A stretch of DNA of 64,000 nucleotides from NCBI GenBank assembly GCA_028689025.1, contig JAQTXA010000016.1, positions 84 to 64,083 on the forward strand. The letters run 5' to 3'. Of this stretch, positions 31,077 through 41,600 are shown piece by piece. A program made the position numbers and the translations under genes. The notes under the pieces were generated by a model that did not search any database, was not told where the DNA came from, and was given only the letters and a program-made list of their open reading frames with translations. This DNA is from Aliarcobacter sp. (lineage in GTDB: Bacteria > Campylobacterota > Campylobacteria > Campylobacterales > Arcobacteraceae). Within the stretch, counting starts at the first letter, position 1. Each line of letters starts with the position of its first letter.

Positions 31077-31520
31077 GTGGAACAAAAACTAAATCTTTTT
31101 AAAGAGTTATTTGCAGATTATACAAATATCGCTATTTTACATATTGATAACTCTTTAGGTCTTGTTGATAGTGCCTTAGAAGAGATAAAAGTTCAAAATG
31201 AAGGGAATATAAAATATATTCCTTTTGTTGATGAAAACAGTGCAAAACTTCGGGCAACTGCAAGGGAATATGAATATATAGTTTTAGGAAATATTTTATC
31301 ATTATGTACTGACCAAGAGATTATTTTAAAACTAATGTACAAAGCTTTGGAAAACTCAGGAAATATAATCATCCTTGAAAAAATCTCAAATGATAATAGA
31401 TATGAACTTTTAGATTTATTAGAGAAAGTTGGTTTTCAAGCACCAAACTGTATTGAACTTTTTGATGATACATATATTTTCACAGCAAAAAAAATGCACC
31501 ATTGGGACAATGGCTTATAA
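31077..31520 (+). CDS. Hypothetical protein, degenerate class I methyltransferase-like fold
   Basis: EYIV..N.L and ALENSGNIIILE resemble MTase strands; no glycine-rich motif I. Confidence 0.65.
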   Translation: MEQKLNLFKELFADYTNIAILHIDNSLGLVDSALEEIKVQNEGNIKYIPFVDENSAKLRATAREYEYIVLGNILSLCTDQEIILKLMYKALENSGNIIILEKISNDNRYELLDLLEKVGFQAPNCIELFDDTYIFTAKKMHHWDNGL

Positions 31521-31534
31521 GATGAAAACTAATC

Positions 31535-32290
31535 TTGCAAGATAACATAAACTCTATTGTTGCCACCAAAGATGGCTCAAACACCCTATTTTCTCAAAAA
31601 TACAATCAACACTATCATAATCCTGATGATGGAGCTATAAACGAAGCTTTGAGCAAACATATAATCCCAACTTTTACATTTCAAGAAAATAAAAAAGAGC
31701 TTTTTATTTTGGATATTTGTTTTGGTATTGGATATAACACTTTTTCAACTATTTATTATTGTTTGGAAAACAATCTTGATATAAAACTAAATATTTTTTC
31801 ACCTGAACTTGATGGTAACCTTGTGAAATCTCTTGAAAATTTTGAATTTCCAAAAGAGTTTGAAAATATTAAACATATCATAAAAGCAGTTGCACAAACA
31901 GGAAAATATGAAGATGAAAAAATCAAAATAGAAGTTTTTATCGGAGATGCAAGAGAGTATATAAAATCTTTAGATAAAAACTCTTTTGACATAATATATC
32001 AAGATGCTTTTTCAAGTGATGTGAATTTTGAGCTTTGGACAAAAGAGTATTTTGATGATATTTATAGACTTTGTAAAAATGATTCTGTTATGAGTTCTTA
32101 TGCAATTGCAACACCTATTCGATTATCTATGAATGAAGCAGGATTTTTTATCTATGAGCATCGACCAGTTAAGAGAAAAATTACACTAGCATTTAAACAA
32201 AAACAAGAATTGATTGGGAAGTTTGTGGATATGGAGTTAAAAAAACAAAGAAACAAAGAGGCAAATGCTTTGTATGATAAAGTAGTTTAA
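31535..32290 (+). CDS. MnmC-type methyltransferase domain protein (MnmD-like)
   Basis: TKDGS.TL, YH...GA..E, LDICFGIGYN, IYQDAFS and ELWT motifs. Confidence 0.82.
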   Translation: MQDNINSIVATKDGSNTLFSQKYNQHYHNPDDGAINEALSKHIIPTFTFQENKKELFILDICFGIGYNTFSTIYYCLENNLDIKLNIFSPELDGNLVKSLENFEFPKEFENIKHIIKAVAQTGKYEDEKIKIEVFIGDAREYIKSLDKNSFDIIYQDAFSSDVNFELWTKEYFDDIYRLCKNDSVMSSYAIATPIRLSMNEAGFFIYEHRPVKRKITLAFKQKQELIGKFVDMELKKQRNKEANALYDKVV

Positions 32291-32318
32291 TAAAACTACT
32301 TTGCTGTTTTACTACTTG

Positions 32319-32813
32319 TTACTTTGAAAGATTATCTAAAATATATTTTTCTAAATCTCTTTTTGAAATCTCTTCTTTCATTGATTTTTCAAAAATTTCA
32401 TCTATTTTTTCTGAGTATTCTTCATAAGAAAAAAATGGAAAATGTAGTTTCCATGATCTGATTATAAGTTCATTCGTCATTGCATCTCTCATTCTATCTC
32501 TAAAAAAATTAAATCCTATAAATATAATAGCAGTAATAGCCATAGCTCCCAAAATAGAAATATGCGGGTCAATTTTTACTAAAGGTTTGTGAGTTAATAA
32601 TGAAATAGGAATTAATATAGCTAAAACTATTGCAATATAAACTTGATATGCTCTTATTAATCTTAATCTAAAGCCAAGTTTTGCAGGGTCTACATGCATC
32701 CCATCATTGTGTTGTCTGTTTGCTACTAATAAATCTTTTAATAATATTGGTTGCTTTGAAATTGTATAAATGTACTCTAAAATTTTATTTTTAATTGTTT
32801 TCTCTTTAGACAT
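32319..32813 (-). CDS. Hypothetical two-TM membrane protein
   Basis: Two hydrophobic segments; AGGA SD. Confidence 0.75.
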   Translation of the reverse strand: MSKEKTIKNKILEYIYTISKQPILLKDLLVANRQHNDGMHVDPAKLGFRLRLIRAYQVYIAIVLAILIPISLLTHKPLVKIDPHISILGAMAITAIIFIGFNFFRDRMRDAMTNELIIRSWKLHFPFFSYEEYSEKIDEIFEKSMKEEISKRDLEKYILDNLSK

Positions 32814-32854
32814 AATATTTTCCTAAATTTAATGATAGACATTTTATCTTACTT

Positions 32855-32863
32855 TGTTATAAT
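32855..32863 (+). promoter_or_regulatory. Extended -10 promoter of the sensor kinase
   Basis: Perfect TGTTATAAT. Confidence 0.6.
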
Positions 32864-32900
32864 ATTGAGTTAATTACATAAAAAGAATAAAGGTTCTCTA

Positions 32901-35444
32901 ATAAAAAAAATAATATTAATACTTTTAATTATTTCTATATCTTTTCTAAATGCTTCAGATTTGAAGAAAACATCTATACAATTAATGTGGTTAGACCAAT
33001 TCGAATTTGCAGGTTTTTATGTGGCAAAAGAGAAGGGTTATTACCAAGAATTGGGTCTTGATGTTGAAATTAAAAAATTTAATTCTAATATAGATTTGAC
33101 ACAAGAAGTTTTAGATGAAAAATCTGATTTTGGATTAAACTCATCATCTTTAATTGTTGATAAATCTGAAGGAAAAAATATTCTAATTTTAGGAACGATT
33201 TTTCAATCTTCTCCTTTAGTATTAATTGCTTTGGAAAACTCAAATATCAACACTTTTAATGACTTAAAAAATAAAAAAATTATGATTACAAACAATCAAG
33301 AAAACTTTGCACCCCTACAATCTATGCTAAAAAGTCAGAATTTACAACTAAGTGATTTTAAATTTATTCCTCACTCATTTAATGTAGATGATTTAATAAA
33401 TAAAAAAACTGATTTAATGGCAGCCTATACGACAAATGAACAATTTACACTAAAAGAAAAAGACTATAAAAGTAAGATTTTTAATCCGAAAGATTATGGA
33501 TTTGATTTTTATGAAGATATAATTTTTACATCAAAAGAATTTGCACAAGATAATCCTGAAACAGTTAAAAATTTTTATGCAGCAACAATAAAAGGTTATT
33601 TATATGCCTTTGAACACATTGAAGAAGTTGCAAAACTAATCCACGAAAAATACAATTCTCAAAATAAAAGTTTAGAGAGTCTAATTTTTGAAGCAAATGA
33701 GATGAAAAAATTAGTTTTTGACAAACAAGGAAATATTGGAACGGTTACTCCTGAAAAAATCAATTTAATTGTAAATACATATAGAGTAATGGGATTAATA
33801 AAAAGTGAAATAAAAAGTGAAGATTTTATCTACTCAAAACATCTTGAAGATAATTTTCTTTTAAATAAGGAAGAAAAAACTTATTTAGAAAAAAAAGAGA
33901 GTATCAAAATGTGTGTGGATCCAGATTGGATGCCCTTTGAAAAAATAGAAAAAAATAAACATGTGGGAATTGCAGCTGATTATATAAAGTTGATTGAGAA
34001 AAAAATCAATAAAACTATAACTTTAGTTCCTACAAAAACATGGAGTGAGTCTTTAGAATATGGTAAAAATAGAGCTTGTGATATATTTTCTCTTGTTATG
34101 AAAACTCCTCAAAGGGAAAAATATCTTAATTTTACAAAACCTTATTTAGAACTTCCATTAGTAGTTGCTGCTGATATAAATACACCTTTTGTTGATAATA
34201 TTTTGCAAATAAAAGATAAAAAGTTAGCAATGGTAAAGGATTATGCTTTTGCAGAAATACTAGAATCAAAATATCCAGATATTCAGTTTATTAATGTTCA
34301 AAATTTAAATGAAGGTTTAGAACTTGTACGAAAAGGTCAAGTTTATGGGTTTATAGATACTCTAGCTTCTATTGGCTATAACATTCAAAATAACTATATT
34401 GGTCAATTAAAAATAGCTGGGAAGTTTGATGAGACTTGGGAACTAGGAATTGCTTCAAGAAATGATGAACCTATTTTAAACACAATTTTTAACAAAGCCA
34501 TAAAAGATATATCACTTAGTCAAAAACAAGAAATTCTTAATAAATGGATTTCAATTAATTACCAAAAAAAGATTGATTATACTTTCTTTTATAAAATGTT
34601 AGTAACCTCTATAATCATTATTTTAATCATTGTTTTGATTTACAGACACTATTTATTAAAAAAATTAAATTCTCAATTAAATGAAAAAATAGAACTTGAA
34701 ATCAAAAAAAATGAAGAGAAAAATAGAATTTTGATTCAACAATCAAGAATGGCTTCAATGGGTGAAATGTTGGAAAATATTGCCCACCAATGGAGACAAC
34801 CACTTTCAACAATAAGTATTGCAGCTTCGGGAATGGAAGTAAAAAAAGAGTTTAGTACCCTAAGTGATGAAGAGTTTTATAAATCAATCGATCATATTAA
34901 AAAAGCATCTATGTATTTATCTCAAACTATTGAAGATTTTAGGAGTTTTTTCAATAAAAAGAAAACTCTATCAAAAATAAATTCAAAAAAAGTAATTGAT
35001 AAAACCTTAGAATTAATGGGTAATACATTTGTACAAAATAGAATTACCTTAATAAATGATACTCAAGAAATAGAGACTTTATCACTAGAAAATGAGCTTA
35101 TACAAGTTTTAATGAATATCTTTGCAAATGCAAAAGATGCTCTAAAACAATTATCAGGAGATAATAAATATATTTTTATCAATGTTTTTAAAGAAGAGAA
35201 CAACTTAATTATTCAAATAAAAGATAGTGCAGGAGGAATAGATGATGAAATTATTGATAAAATCTTTGAACCATATTTCACTACAAAACATCAATTTAAT
35301 GGAACTGGAATTGGTCTTTATATGAGTAAACTTTTAGTTGAAAGACATTTAAAAGGAACATTGAGTGCTAGAAATGTAGAGTTTACCTTTATGGAGGTTA
35401 TCCATAAAGGAGCTTTATTTGAAATAGTTTTACCTATTTCATAG
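32901..35444 (+). CDS. Orphan sensor histidine kinase with NMT1/THI5-like and family-3 SBP domains
   Basis: QFEFAGFYVAKEKGYY and CVDPDWMPFE domains, one TM, IAHQWRQPL H-box; signal peptide is in frame from ATA 32901. Confidence 0.85.
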   Translation: MKKIILILLIISISFLNASDLKKTSIQLMWLDQFEFAGFYVAKEKGYYQELGLDVEIKKFNSNIDLTQEVLDEKSDFGLNSSSLIVDKSEGKNILILGTIFQSSPLVLIALENSNINTFNDLKNKKIMITNNQENFAPLQSMLKSQNLQLSDFKFIPHSFNVDDLINKKTDLMAAYTTNEQFTLKEKDYKSKIFNPKDYGFDFYEDIIFTSKEFAQDNPETVKNFYAATIKGYLYAFEHIEEVAKLIHEKYNSQNKSLESLIFEANEMKKLVFDKQGNIGTVTPEKINLIVNTYRVMGLIKSEIKSEDFIYSKHLEDNFLLNKEEKTYLEKKESIKMCVDPDWMPFEKIEKNKHVGIAADYIKLIEKKINKTITLVPTKTWSESLEYGKNRACDIFSLVMKTPQREKYLNFTKPYLELPLVVAADINTPFVDNILQIKDKKLAMVKDYAFAEILESKYPDIQFINVQNLNEGLELVRKGQVYGFIDTLASIGYNIQNNYIGQLKIAGKFDETWELGIASRNDEPILNTIFNKAIKDISLSQKQEILNKWISINYQKKIDYTFFYKMLVTSIIIILIIVLIYRHYLLKKLNSQLNEKIELEIKKNEEKNRILIQQSRMASMGEMLENIAHQWRQPLSTISIAASGMEVKKEFSTLSDEEFYKSIDHIKKASMYLSQTIEDFRSFFNKKKTLSKINSKKVIDKTLELMGNTFVQNRITLINDTQEIETLSLENELIQVLMNIFANAKDALKQLSGDNKYIFINVFKEENNLIIQIKDSAGGIDDEIIDKIFEPYFTTKHQFNGTGIGLYMSKLLVERHLKGTLSARNVEFTFMEVIHKGALFEIVLPIS

Positions 35445-36567
35445 TCATATTTAAAATTTGTGCAACTTTTTCTAAAGTTACAGTTCCATTTTCACCAATA
35501 TTTGTCATTCCATGTTTTTTAAGTGCTGACGTAATATTTTCTACAACTTTATCATCAATATCGTAATCATTTAAATTTGTTGGAACACCAATACTTTGAT
35601 ACATATACTCTAATGCTTCAAGAACTATCTCTTTATTATGAAGAACTCCAAAAACTTCTCTTCCCATTAACTCAAATTTCTCTTTTTTCTCTTCCATCAT
35701 AACTCTAATAAGTTGTGGTTGTACAACTGCTAAACTTCTTGCATGGTCAAGTCCATAAAATGCTGTTAATTCATGTCCAATCATGTGAGTTGCCCAATCT
35801 TGTGGAACTCCTGAACCAATGAAACCATTTAAAGCTTGGTTTGCCAAAAGCATAAGATTCTCTTGCCATTGGATTTCATGTCTATTTTTCCAATCAACTG
35901 CAAGTGTTTTTAAACCTTTTAGAATTGTTAAAGAGTAACCATCATGTAAAAGTGAAGTTGTAGGATAAGTTAAAAACTGCTCACAAGTATGAACAAATGC
36001 ATCAACTAAACCATTTGCAAGTTGTCTATCATCTAGTGAACTCATTACACTTGGGTCTAAAACTGCAAATTTTGGATAAACCAACGCTGAACCAAAATAT
36101 CTTTTTTCATTTGTTGAAACTCTTGAAATTACAGCAGTTGTATTTGATTCACTTCCTGTTGCTGGAAGTGTTAAAATAGCGCCTAAAGGAAGAGCTTTTT
36201 CTACGGTTTTACCTTCTAAAAAATCCCAACCATCACCATCATAAAGTGCAGCTGCCGCTAAATATTTACTTCCATCAATAACAGAACCTCCACCAACAGC
36301 CAAAATGAAATCAATTTTTTCATCTTTTATGATTTTTACGGCTTTGTTTAAAGTCTCAATAGATGGATTTGGTTCAATTCCACTAAACTCTAACCAAGTA
36401 TAACCCTCAAGTGCAGTTTTCACTTGGTCATAAACTCCATTTTTTTTGATACTTCCAGCACCATAAACAACTAACACTTTTAGTTTTTTATCAATGTAAT
36501 TTACTATTGATTTTATTTTGCCTGTTCCAAACTCTATTGCAGTTGGATTAAAATATGTATAATTCAT
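35434..36567 (-). CDS. yqhD: Iron-containing NADPH-dependent alcohol dehydrogenase (YqhD family)
   Basis: GIEPNP, GGGSVIDGSK, TLPATGSE and DWATHMIGHELTA..GLDHA. Confidence 0.88.
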   Translation of the reverse strand: MNYTYFNPTAIEFGTGKIKSIVNYIDKKLKVLVVYGAGSIKKNGVYDQVKTALEGYTWLEFSGIEPNPSIETLNKAVKIIKDEKIDFILAVGGGSVIDGSKYLAAAALYDGDGWDFLEGKTVEKALPLGAILTLPATGSESNTTAVISRVSTNEKRYFGSALVYPKFAVLDPSVMSSLDDRQLANGLVDAFVHTCEQFLTYPTTSLLHDGYSLTILKGLKTLAVDWKNRHEIQWQENLMLLANQALNGFIGSGVPQDWATHMIGHELTAFYGLDHARSLAVVQPQLIRVMMEEKKEKFELMGREVFGVLHNKEIVLEALEYMYQSIGVPTNLNDYDIDDKVVENITSALKKHGMTNIGENGTVTLEKVAQILNMTMK

Positions 36568-36631
36568 AAAAAGCCTTTATAATAATTTTGAAGCTTTATT
36601 ATAGGATAATTATCATTTCTAAAGGATTACA

Positions 36632-37231
36632 ATGATTAGAACTTGGTTGTTTATTTATTTTTCTGTTTTTATTTGGTCACTCATAAATCCAAAAGATTTA
36701 TTTACTTGGTTTTTGGAAGTTTCCCCTGCAATAATCGTATTGATTGTTTTAGCTTTTACTTATAATAAATTTAGACTCACTCCATTAGTTTATTCACTTA
36801 TTTTAATTCATTGCATTATTTTAATGGTTGGTGGTCACTACACTTATGCAGAAGTTCCTCTTTTTGACTTTATAAAAGAGTTTTTTCATCAAGACAGAAA
36901 TAACTATGATAAATTGGGACATTTAGCCCAAGGTTTTGTTCCAGCTATGGTTGCAAGAGAAATTATCATAAGAAAAAGTATCATCACAATTGAGTCTTGG
37001 AGAAACTTTTTTATTGTTTGTTTTTGTTTAGCATTTTCTGCCTTTTATGAACTTGTTGAGTGGTGGGTTGCCATTTACTCAGGTGAAGGAGCAGATGATT
37101 TTCTAGGAACACAAGGATATATTTGGGATACTCAAAGTGATATGCTTTGGGCTTTGATTGGCTCTATTTTGGCTCTTGCACTATTGCAAAAATATCATTC
37201 TAAACAATTACTAAATATTAAAAAGCTATAA
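36632..37231 (+). CDS. DUF2238 (YjdF-like) membrane protein
   Basis: TWFLE, GGHYTYAEVP, RNNYDKLGH and FLGTQG..WDTQSDM. Confidence 0.88.
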   Translation: MIRTWLFIYFSVFIWSLINPKDLFTWFLEVSPAIIVLIVLAFTYNKFRLTPLVYSLILIHCIILMVGGHYTYAEVPLFDFIKEFFHQDRNNYDKLGHLAQGFVPAMVAREIIIRKSIITIESWRNFFIVCFCLAFSAFYELVEWWVAIYSGEGADDFLGTQGYIWDTQSDMLWALIGSILALALLQKYHSKQLLNIKKL

Positions 37232-37259
37232 ATCCGAGATTAAAAATTAAGGAATTATT

Positions 37260-37700
37260 ATGACTTGTTGTGAAAACAAACTAGAATCTGTTTTAAATGA
37301 AGATATTGGGAAATTAATTTTAAGATTTACCATTGCATCACTTATGTTATTTCATGGTTTCACTAAACTATTTAATGGAATTGATGGAATAAAATTTTTA
37401 GTTACAAAAGCTGGTCTTCCTGAATTTGTGGCTTATGGGGTATATTTTGGAGAAATCGTTTTTCCAATTTTAATTATTTTTGGTTTATTCACTAGAATTT
37501 CATCACTGTTTTTTGCTCTAACAATGGTTTTTGCAATATTTTTAGCTCATAGTAGTGAACTTTTTGTGTTAGATGAAAGTGGTGGTCCAGTTATTGAGTT
37601 ACCATTAATTTATCTATTAGTTTCTATTTCTCTTATGTTTATTGGTGCTGGGAAATATAGTCTTGATGCGAGATGTAAAAAGTGCGAGATTAAAGCATAA
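37260..37700 (+). CDS. DoxX-family membrane protein
   Basis: LILR...LMLFHG..K and GAGKYSLD motifs. Confidence 0.88.
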   Translation: MTCCENKLESVLNEDIGKLILRFTIASLMLFHGFTKLFNGIDGIKFLVTKAGLPEFVAYGVYFGEIVFPILIIFGLFTRISSLFFALTMVFAIFLAHSSELFVLDESGGPVIELPLIYLLVSISLMFIGAGKYSLDARCKKCEIKA

Positions 37701-37704
37701 AAAA

Positions 37705-37730
37705 TCTTTCCAAACTTTTGTTTGGAAAGA
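37705..37730. terminator. Hairpin between the convergent DoxX and DMT genes
   Basis: TCTTTCCAAAC-tttt-GTTTGGAAAGA, perfect 11-bp stem. Confidence 0.75.
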
Positions 37731-37735
37731 GTCTC

Positions 37736-38590
37736 TTACTCCCCTCTTTTTAAAGTATATATTGAGTTTACAATCAAAGTTGCTATTATTATACTTCCAC
37801 CAATAAATGTATAAGAACTTGGAATTTCATTCAGAAAAATCCAAACCCAAATAGGTGCCATAATAGTCTCTATAATCATCAATAGACTAACTTCACTAGC
37901 ACTTATATACTTTGCACCATTTCCCAATAAAACCCTTGAGAATGGGCTTATTATTAAACCCATTACCATTACAATAGTTAAAGTTTTATAATCAATAGCT
38001 AACTCATCGCAAAAGAAAAATGCAATCACACTTAAAGAGACTCCACTTAAAGCTGTTAAAACTACCCTATCCATCTCTTTATAACGTGACAATAAAACAA
38101 ATGAGATTGAAAATAGAGCTGTACATAAAAGTGCATATACATTTCCTTCAAAATTTCCTAGATTAAGCTGGTCATTAAAAATTATATATAGACCTAAAAA
38201 CATAAAAAATGAAGCATAAAAGATATTTTTTGTGATTTTCTCTTTATAAAATAAGTAAGCAAATAATGCCGAAAAAAGTGCTGCTGTACTAAAGATAATT
38301 ACCACATTTGCAACTGTTGTTGTTTTTACAGCTGTTATAAAAAATATATTTGAAACACCCATTAAAATAGAGCAAACTATCAAAATAGGTAAAGAGCTTT
38401 TAATGGCATTTTTTACAAAACCCTTCTCTTTAAATAAAAGAGTTGAAGCCATTGAAACAAACATAAAAATCCCTATATAAAAAGAGAAAAGAAATGATGA
38501 AATAGTAGTAAATTTAATAAATAATGATTCTAAACTCATTATTAAAACACCCAAAGAGGTGAGTATTAAGCCTTTGGCATTGTTAGTCAA
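37736..38590 (-). CDS. DMT/EamA-family transporter
   Basis: Ten TM segments, E...AP.WVW..L.E.P motif; TTG start. Confidence 0.88.
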   Translation of the reverse strand: MTNNAKGLILTSLGVLIMSLESLFIKFTTISSFLFSFYIGIFMFVSMASTLLFKEKGFVKNAIKSSLPILIVCSILMGVSNIFFITAVKTTTVANVVIIFSTAALFSALFAYLFYKEKITKNIFYASFFMFLGLYIIFNDQLNLGNFEGNVYALLCTALFSISFVLLSRYKEMDRVVLTALSGVSLSVIAFFFCDELAIDYKTLTIVMVMGLIISPFSRVLLGNGAKYISASEVSLLMIIETIMAPIWVWIFLNEIPSSYTFIGGSIIIATLIVNSIYTLKRGE

Positions 38591-38613
38591 AATTGTAATC
38601 CTGTGAAAATTTC

Positions 38614-38635
38614 ATAGGATGCGAAAGCATCCTAT
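38614..38635 (-). terminator. Hairpin after metH (terminator or stabiliser)
   Basis: ATAGGATGC-GAAA-GCATCCTAT perfect stem; no clear U run on the minus strand. Confidence 0.55.
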
Positions 38636-38638
38636 TTG

Positions 38639-41600
38639 TTAAATATTGTAGTAGTTTGCTTCTTTGTGAGTAACCACAATAGCGCAAGTTGTTTGTTCTG
38701 GGTGCATTTGGAATGTTTCAGATAATTCTATTCCAAACTCTTCAGGATTTAATAAATCAAAAATATCTCTGTTCATTGCTAAATCAGGACAAGCTGCGTA
38801 TCCAGGAGAATATCTACAACCTACATATTGTTTCATTTGAACATCATTTAAAGTGTGTCCCTCTTTTGGCACAATATCTAAATCAAGTCTGATTTGTTTA
38901 TGTAAAACCTCAGCTAAAGCTTCAGCAAGTTCTACTCCAAGTCCATGCACTTGGTAATATTTACTAAACTCACCTTTATCATAGATACTTCTTTCATAAT
39001 CAGAGATTTTAAGCCCTGCACTTGCAAGTGTGAAGGCAACCACATCAAGTCTATCATTTGCAAAAAAGTCAGGAATACATCTAAATGGTTTTCTTTTTTG
39101 TCTTGGGAATTCCAACACTTTTATAGCTTCACTTAAAGGTGGTACATTTTTTGACTCTTCCAAAGTATTAAACAGATATTTTTTATCAAAAATATAAAGT
39201 TTATTATCATGGGAAATACAAGGATAATAAGCATAAATAGCGATTGGTTCAAATACCTCTTTATCAATTAACTCAGCTTTTAAAGTTTGATATGTTGGCT
39301 CAACTACCTCTTCTTCATATTTTAAAAAGGCTTTAGCGTCTTGTTTTCCTCTTTTATATCCCCATCTTTGTCTAAATAAAACCCTATGATTTATCCATTT
39401 AAAAATTAACTCTTTATCTAGTTTTCCACCTGTTTTTGCAACTCTATCCCAAATTGGAGGGAAAGTAAAAGTTCCTTTTTCAGGTAATGAAATCTCTTCA
39501 TAAGGAGGAATTACAATAGCTTCTTCTTCAACTCTGTCACTTGTGTCAATAATTTGTATTAAATCAGCAGCAAGGGCAGTATTATTTTCATCACCCTTTT
39601 CAATTCTTTGCATAGAAACAACACCATCAAAAGCATCTCTACAATAAAAAATTGGTCCATCATAATATGGTCTGCAATACTCATCAATAAAGTTTTTAGT
39701 TAAGGCAGCACCTCCAAGAAGAACTGGAATTTTTATTCCCATTCTTTGAAGCTCTTCAAGATTTTCTTTCATAACAGCTGTAGATTTTACAAGTAATCCA
39801 CTCATTCCAATTGCATGGGCATTGTGTTCTTGTAGTTTTTCAACAAAAGTATCTAAACCTGCTTTTATACCAACATTTACAACTTTGAATCCATTATTTG
39901 AAAGAATAATATCTACTAGATTTTTACCAACATCATGAACATCACCTTTTACAGTTCCTAAAATTAGTGTAGTTTCACTCGCTTTTTCTTCTTTTGGTAA
40001 ATATGGATTTAATGCATCAACAGTAGCTTTCATAGTTTCAGCACTTTGAAGAACAAATGGTAACTGCATTTGCCCTGAACCAAAAAGTTCTCCAATGATT
40101 TTCATTCCATCAATTAGCCACTCATTTACTATTGTTTCAGGTTTTATAGTATGTCTTAACTCTTCAACAAGTGGAAGTAATCTATCTTTATCCCCATCTA
40201 ATAAAAGCTTTTGAACTTTTTCAAGTGCTGGCATATTTTGATACTCTTCATCCGTTTGCTCTTCATGAGCTTCAACATTTGAGAAGTGTTCAATAAAAGC
40301 AAATAATGGGTCACCATTTTCATGGTTATTAAAAATCAAATTATCACAAGCAGCTCTATCTTCATCACTTATTTTATTTAGTGGAATAATATGTTTAACA
40401 TTTACAATAGCAGATGTTAATCCAGCTCTTACACAATGGTCTAAATAAATAGAGTTCAGATAAATTCTAGCTTTTATATCAAGTCCAAAAGAGATATTTG
40501 AAAGCCCTAATGTAGTTCCAACTTCAGGATGTAAAATCTGAAACTCTCGAATTGCTTCCATTGTTTCCATTCCAGCAGTTCTATACTCATCATCTCCAGA
40601 ACCAATAGTAAATGTAAGCATATCAAATACTAAATCAGCAGGGTCAAATCCATGTCTATTTACACATAAATCAAAGATTCTCTCTGCTATTCTGATTTTA
40701 TCCTCTTTTGTTTTTGCCATTCCAACTTCATCAATAACAAGACAAACAAGTGCTGCTCCAAATTTTTTAGCTAATTTACAAACAGCATCAAATTTCTCTT
40801 CACCATCTTCAAGATTAACAGAGTTAATAATTGCTCTTCCACCGATTTGTTTTAATGCAGCTTCTAAGGCATAAATTTGAGTAGAGTCAGGCATTAAAGG
40901 AAGTGCCACTTTTTGTGAATAAAGTGCAGTTACCTCATCCATGTCTTTTCTTTCATCACGTCCAGCAAATCCAACAGAAACATCAATTACATGGGCACCA
41001 GCTCGAACTTGCTGTTGTCCAACACTTAATGTTCCCTCATAATCATTTGCTTTTAGTAACTCTCTAAAAGCTTTTGAACCAGTTGCATTTGAACGCTCAC
41101 CAATAAGTAATGGAGCTGGTTCTTGTTTTAAAGGAACTGTTCCAAAAAGTGAAGCTAAAGATGCTTTTAAAAATCCGCAAGATTTTAAAGGAATAGCACC
41201 CTCAACAGCTTTTGCCAAAGCTTCAATATGTTCAGGTGTAGTTCCACAACAACCACCTAGAAATGAAACTCCATTGATTTTTAAGAACTCTGTTTGTAAA
41301 GATGTAAATTCATCAGGTTGCATTGGGTAATAAGTTTTTCCACCTCTATTTTGAGGAAGTCCTGCATTTGCATGAACTGAAATTGGAAATTTACAAACTT
41401 CACTTAAAGTTTTAACATGTTTATGAACTTGTTTTGGTCCACTTCCACAGTTAAATCCTAAAGATAAAATATTAAATGGTGCCATAATAGCTGCAATTGT
41501 TAAAGCATCTGTACCAATTAGCATAGTTCCTGACATCTCAATAGTAACAGATACCATAATAGGAATTTGTGGAGCAATGTCAGTTAAAGCATGAAGTGCT

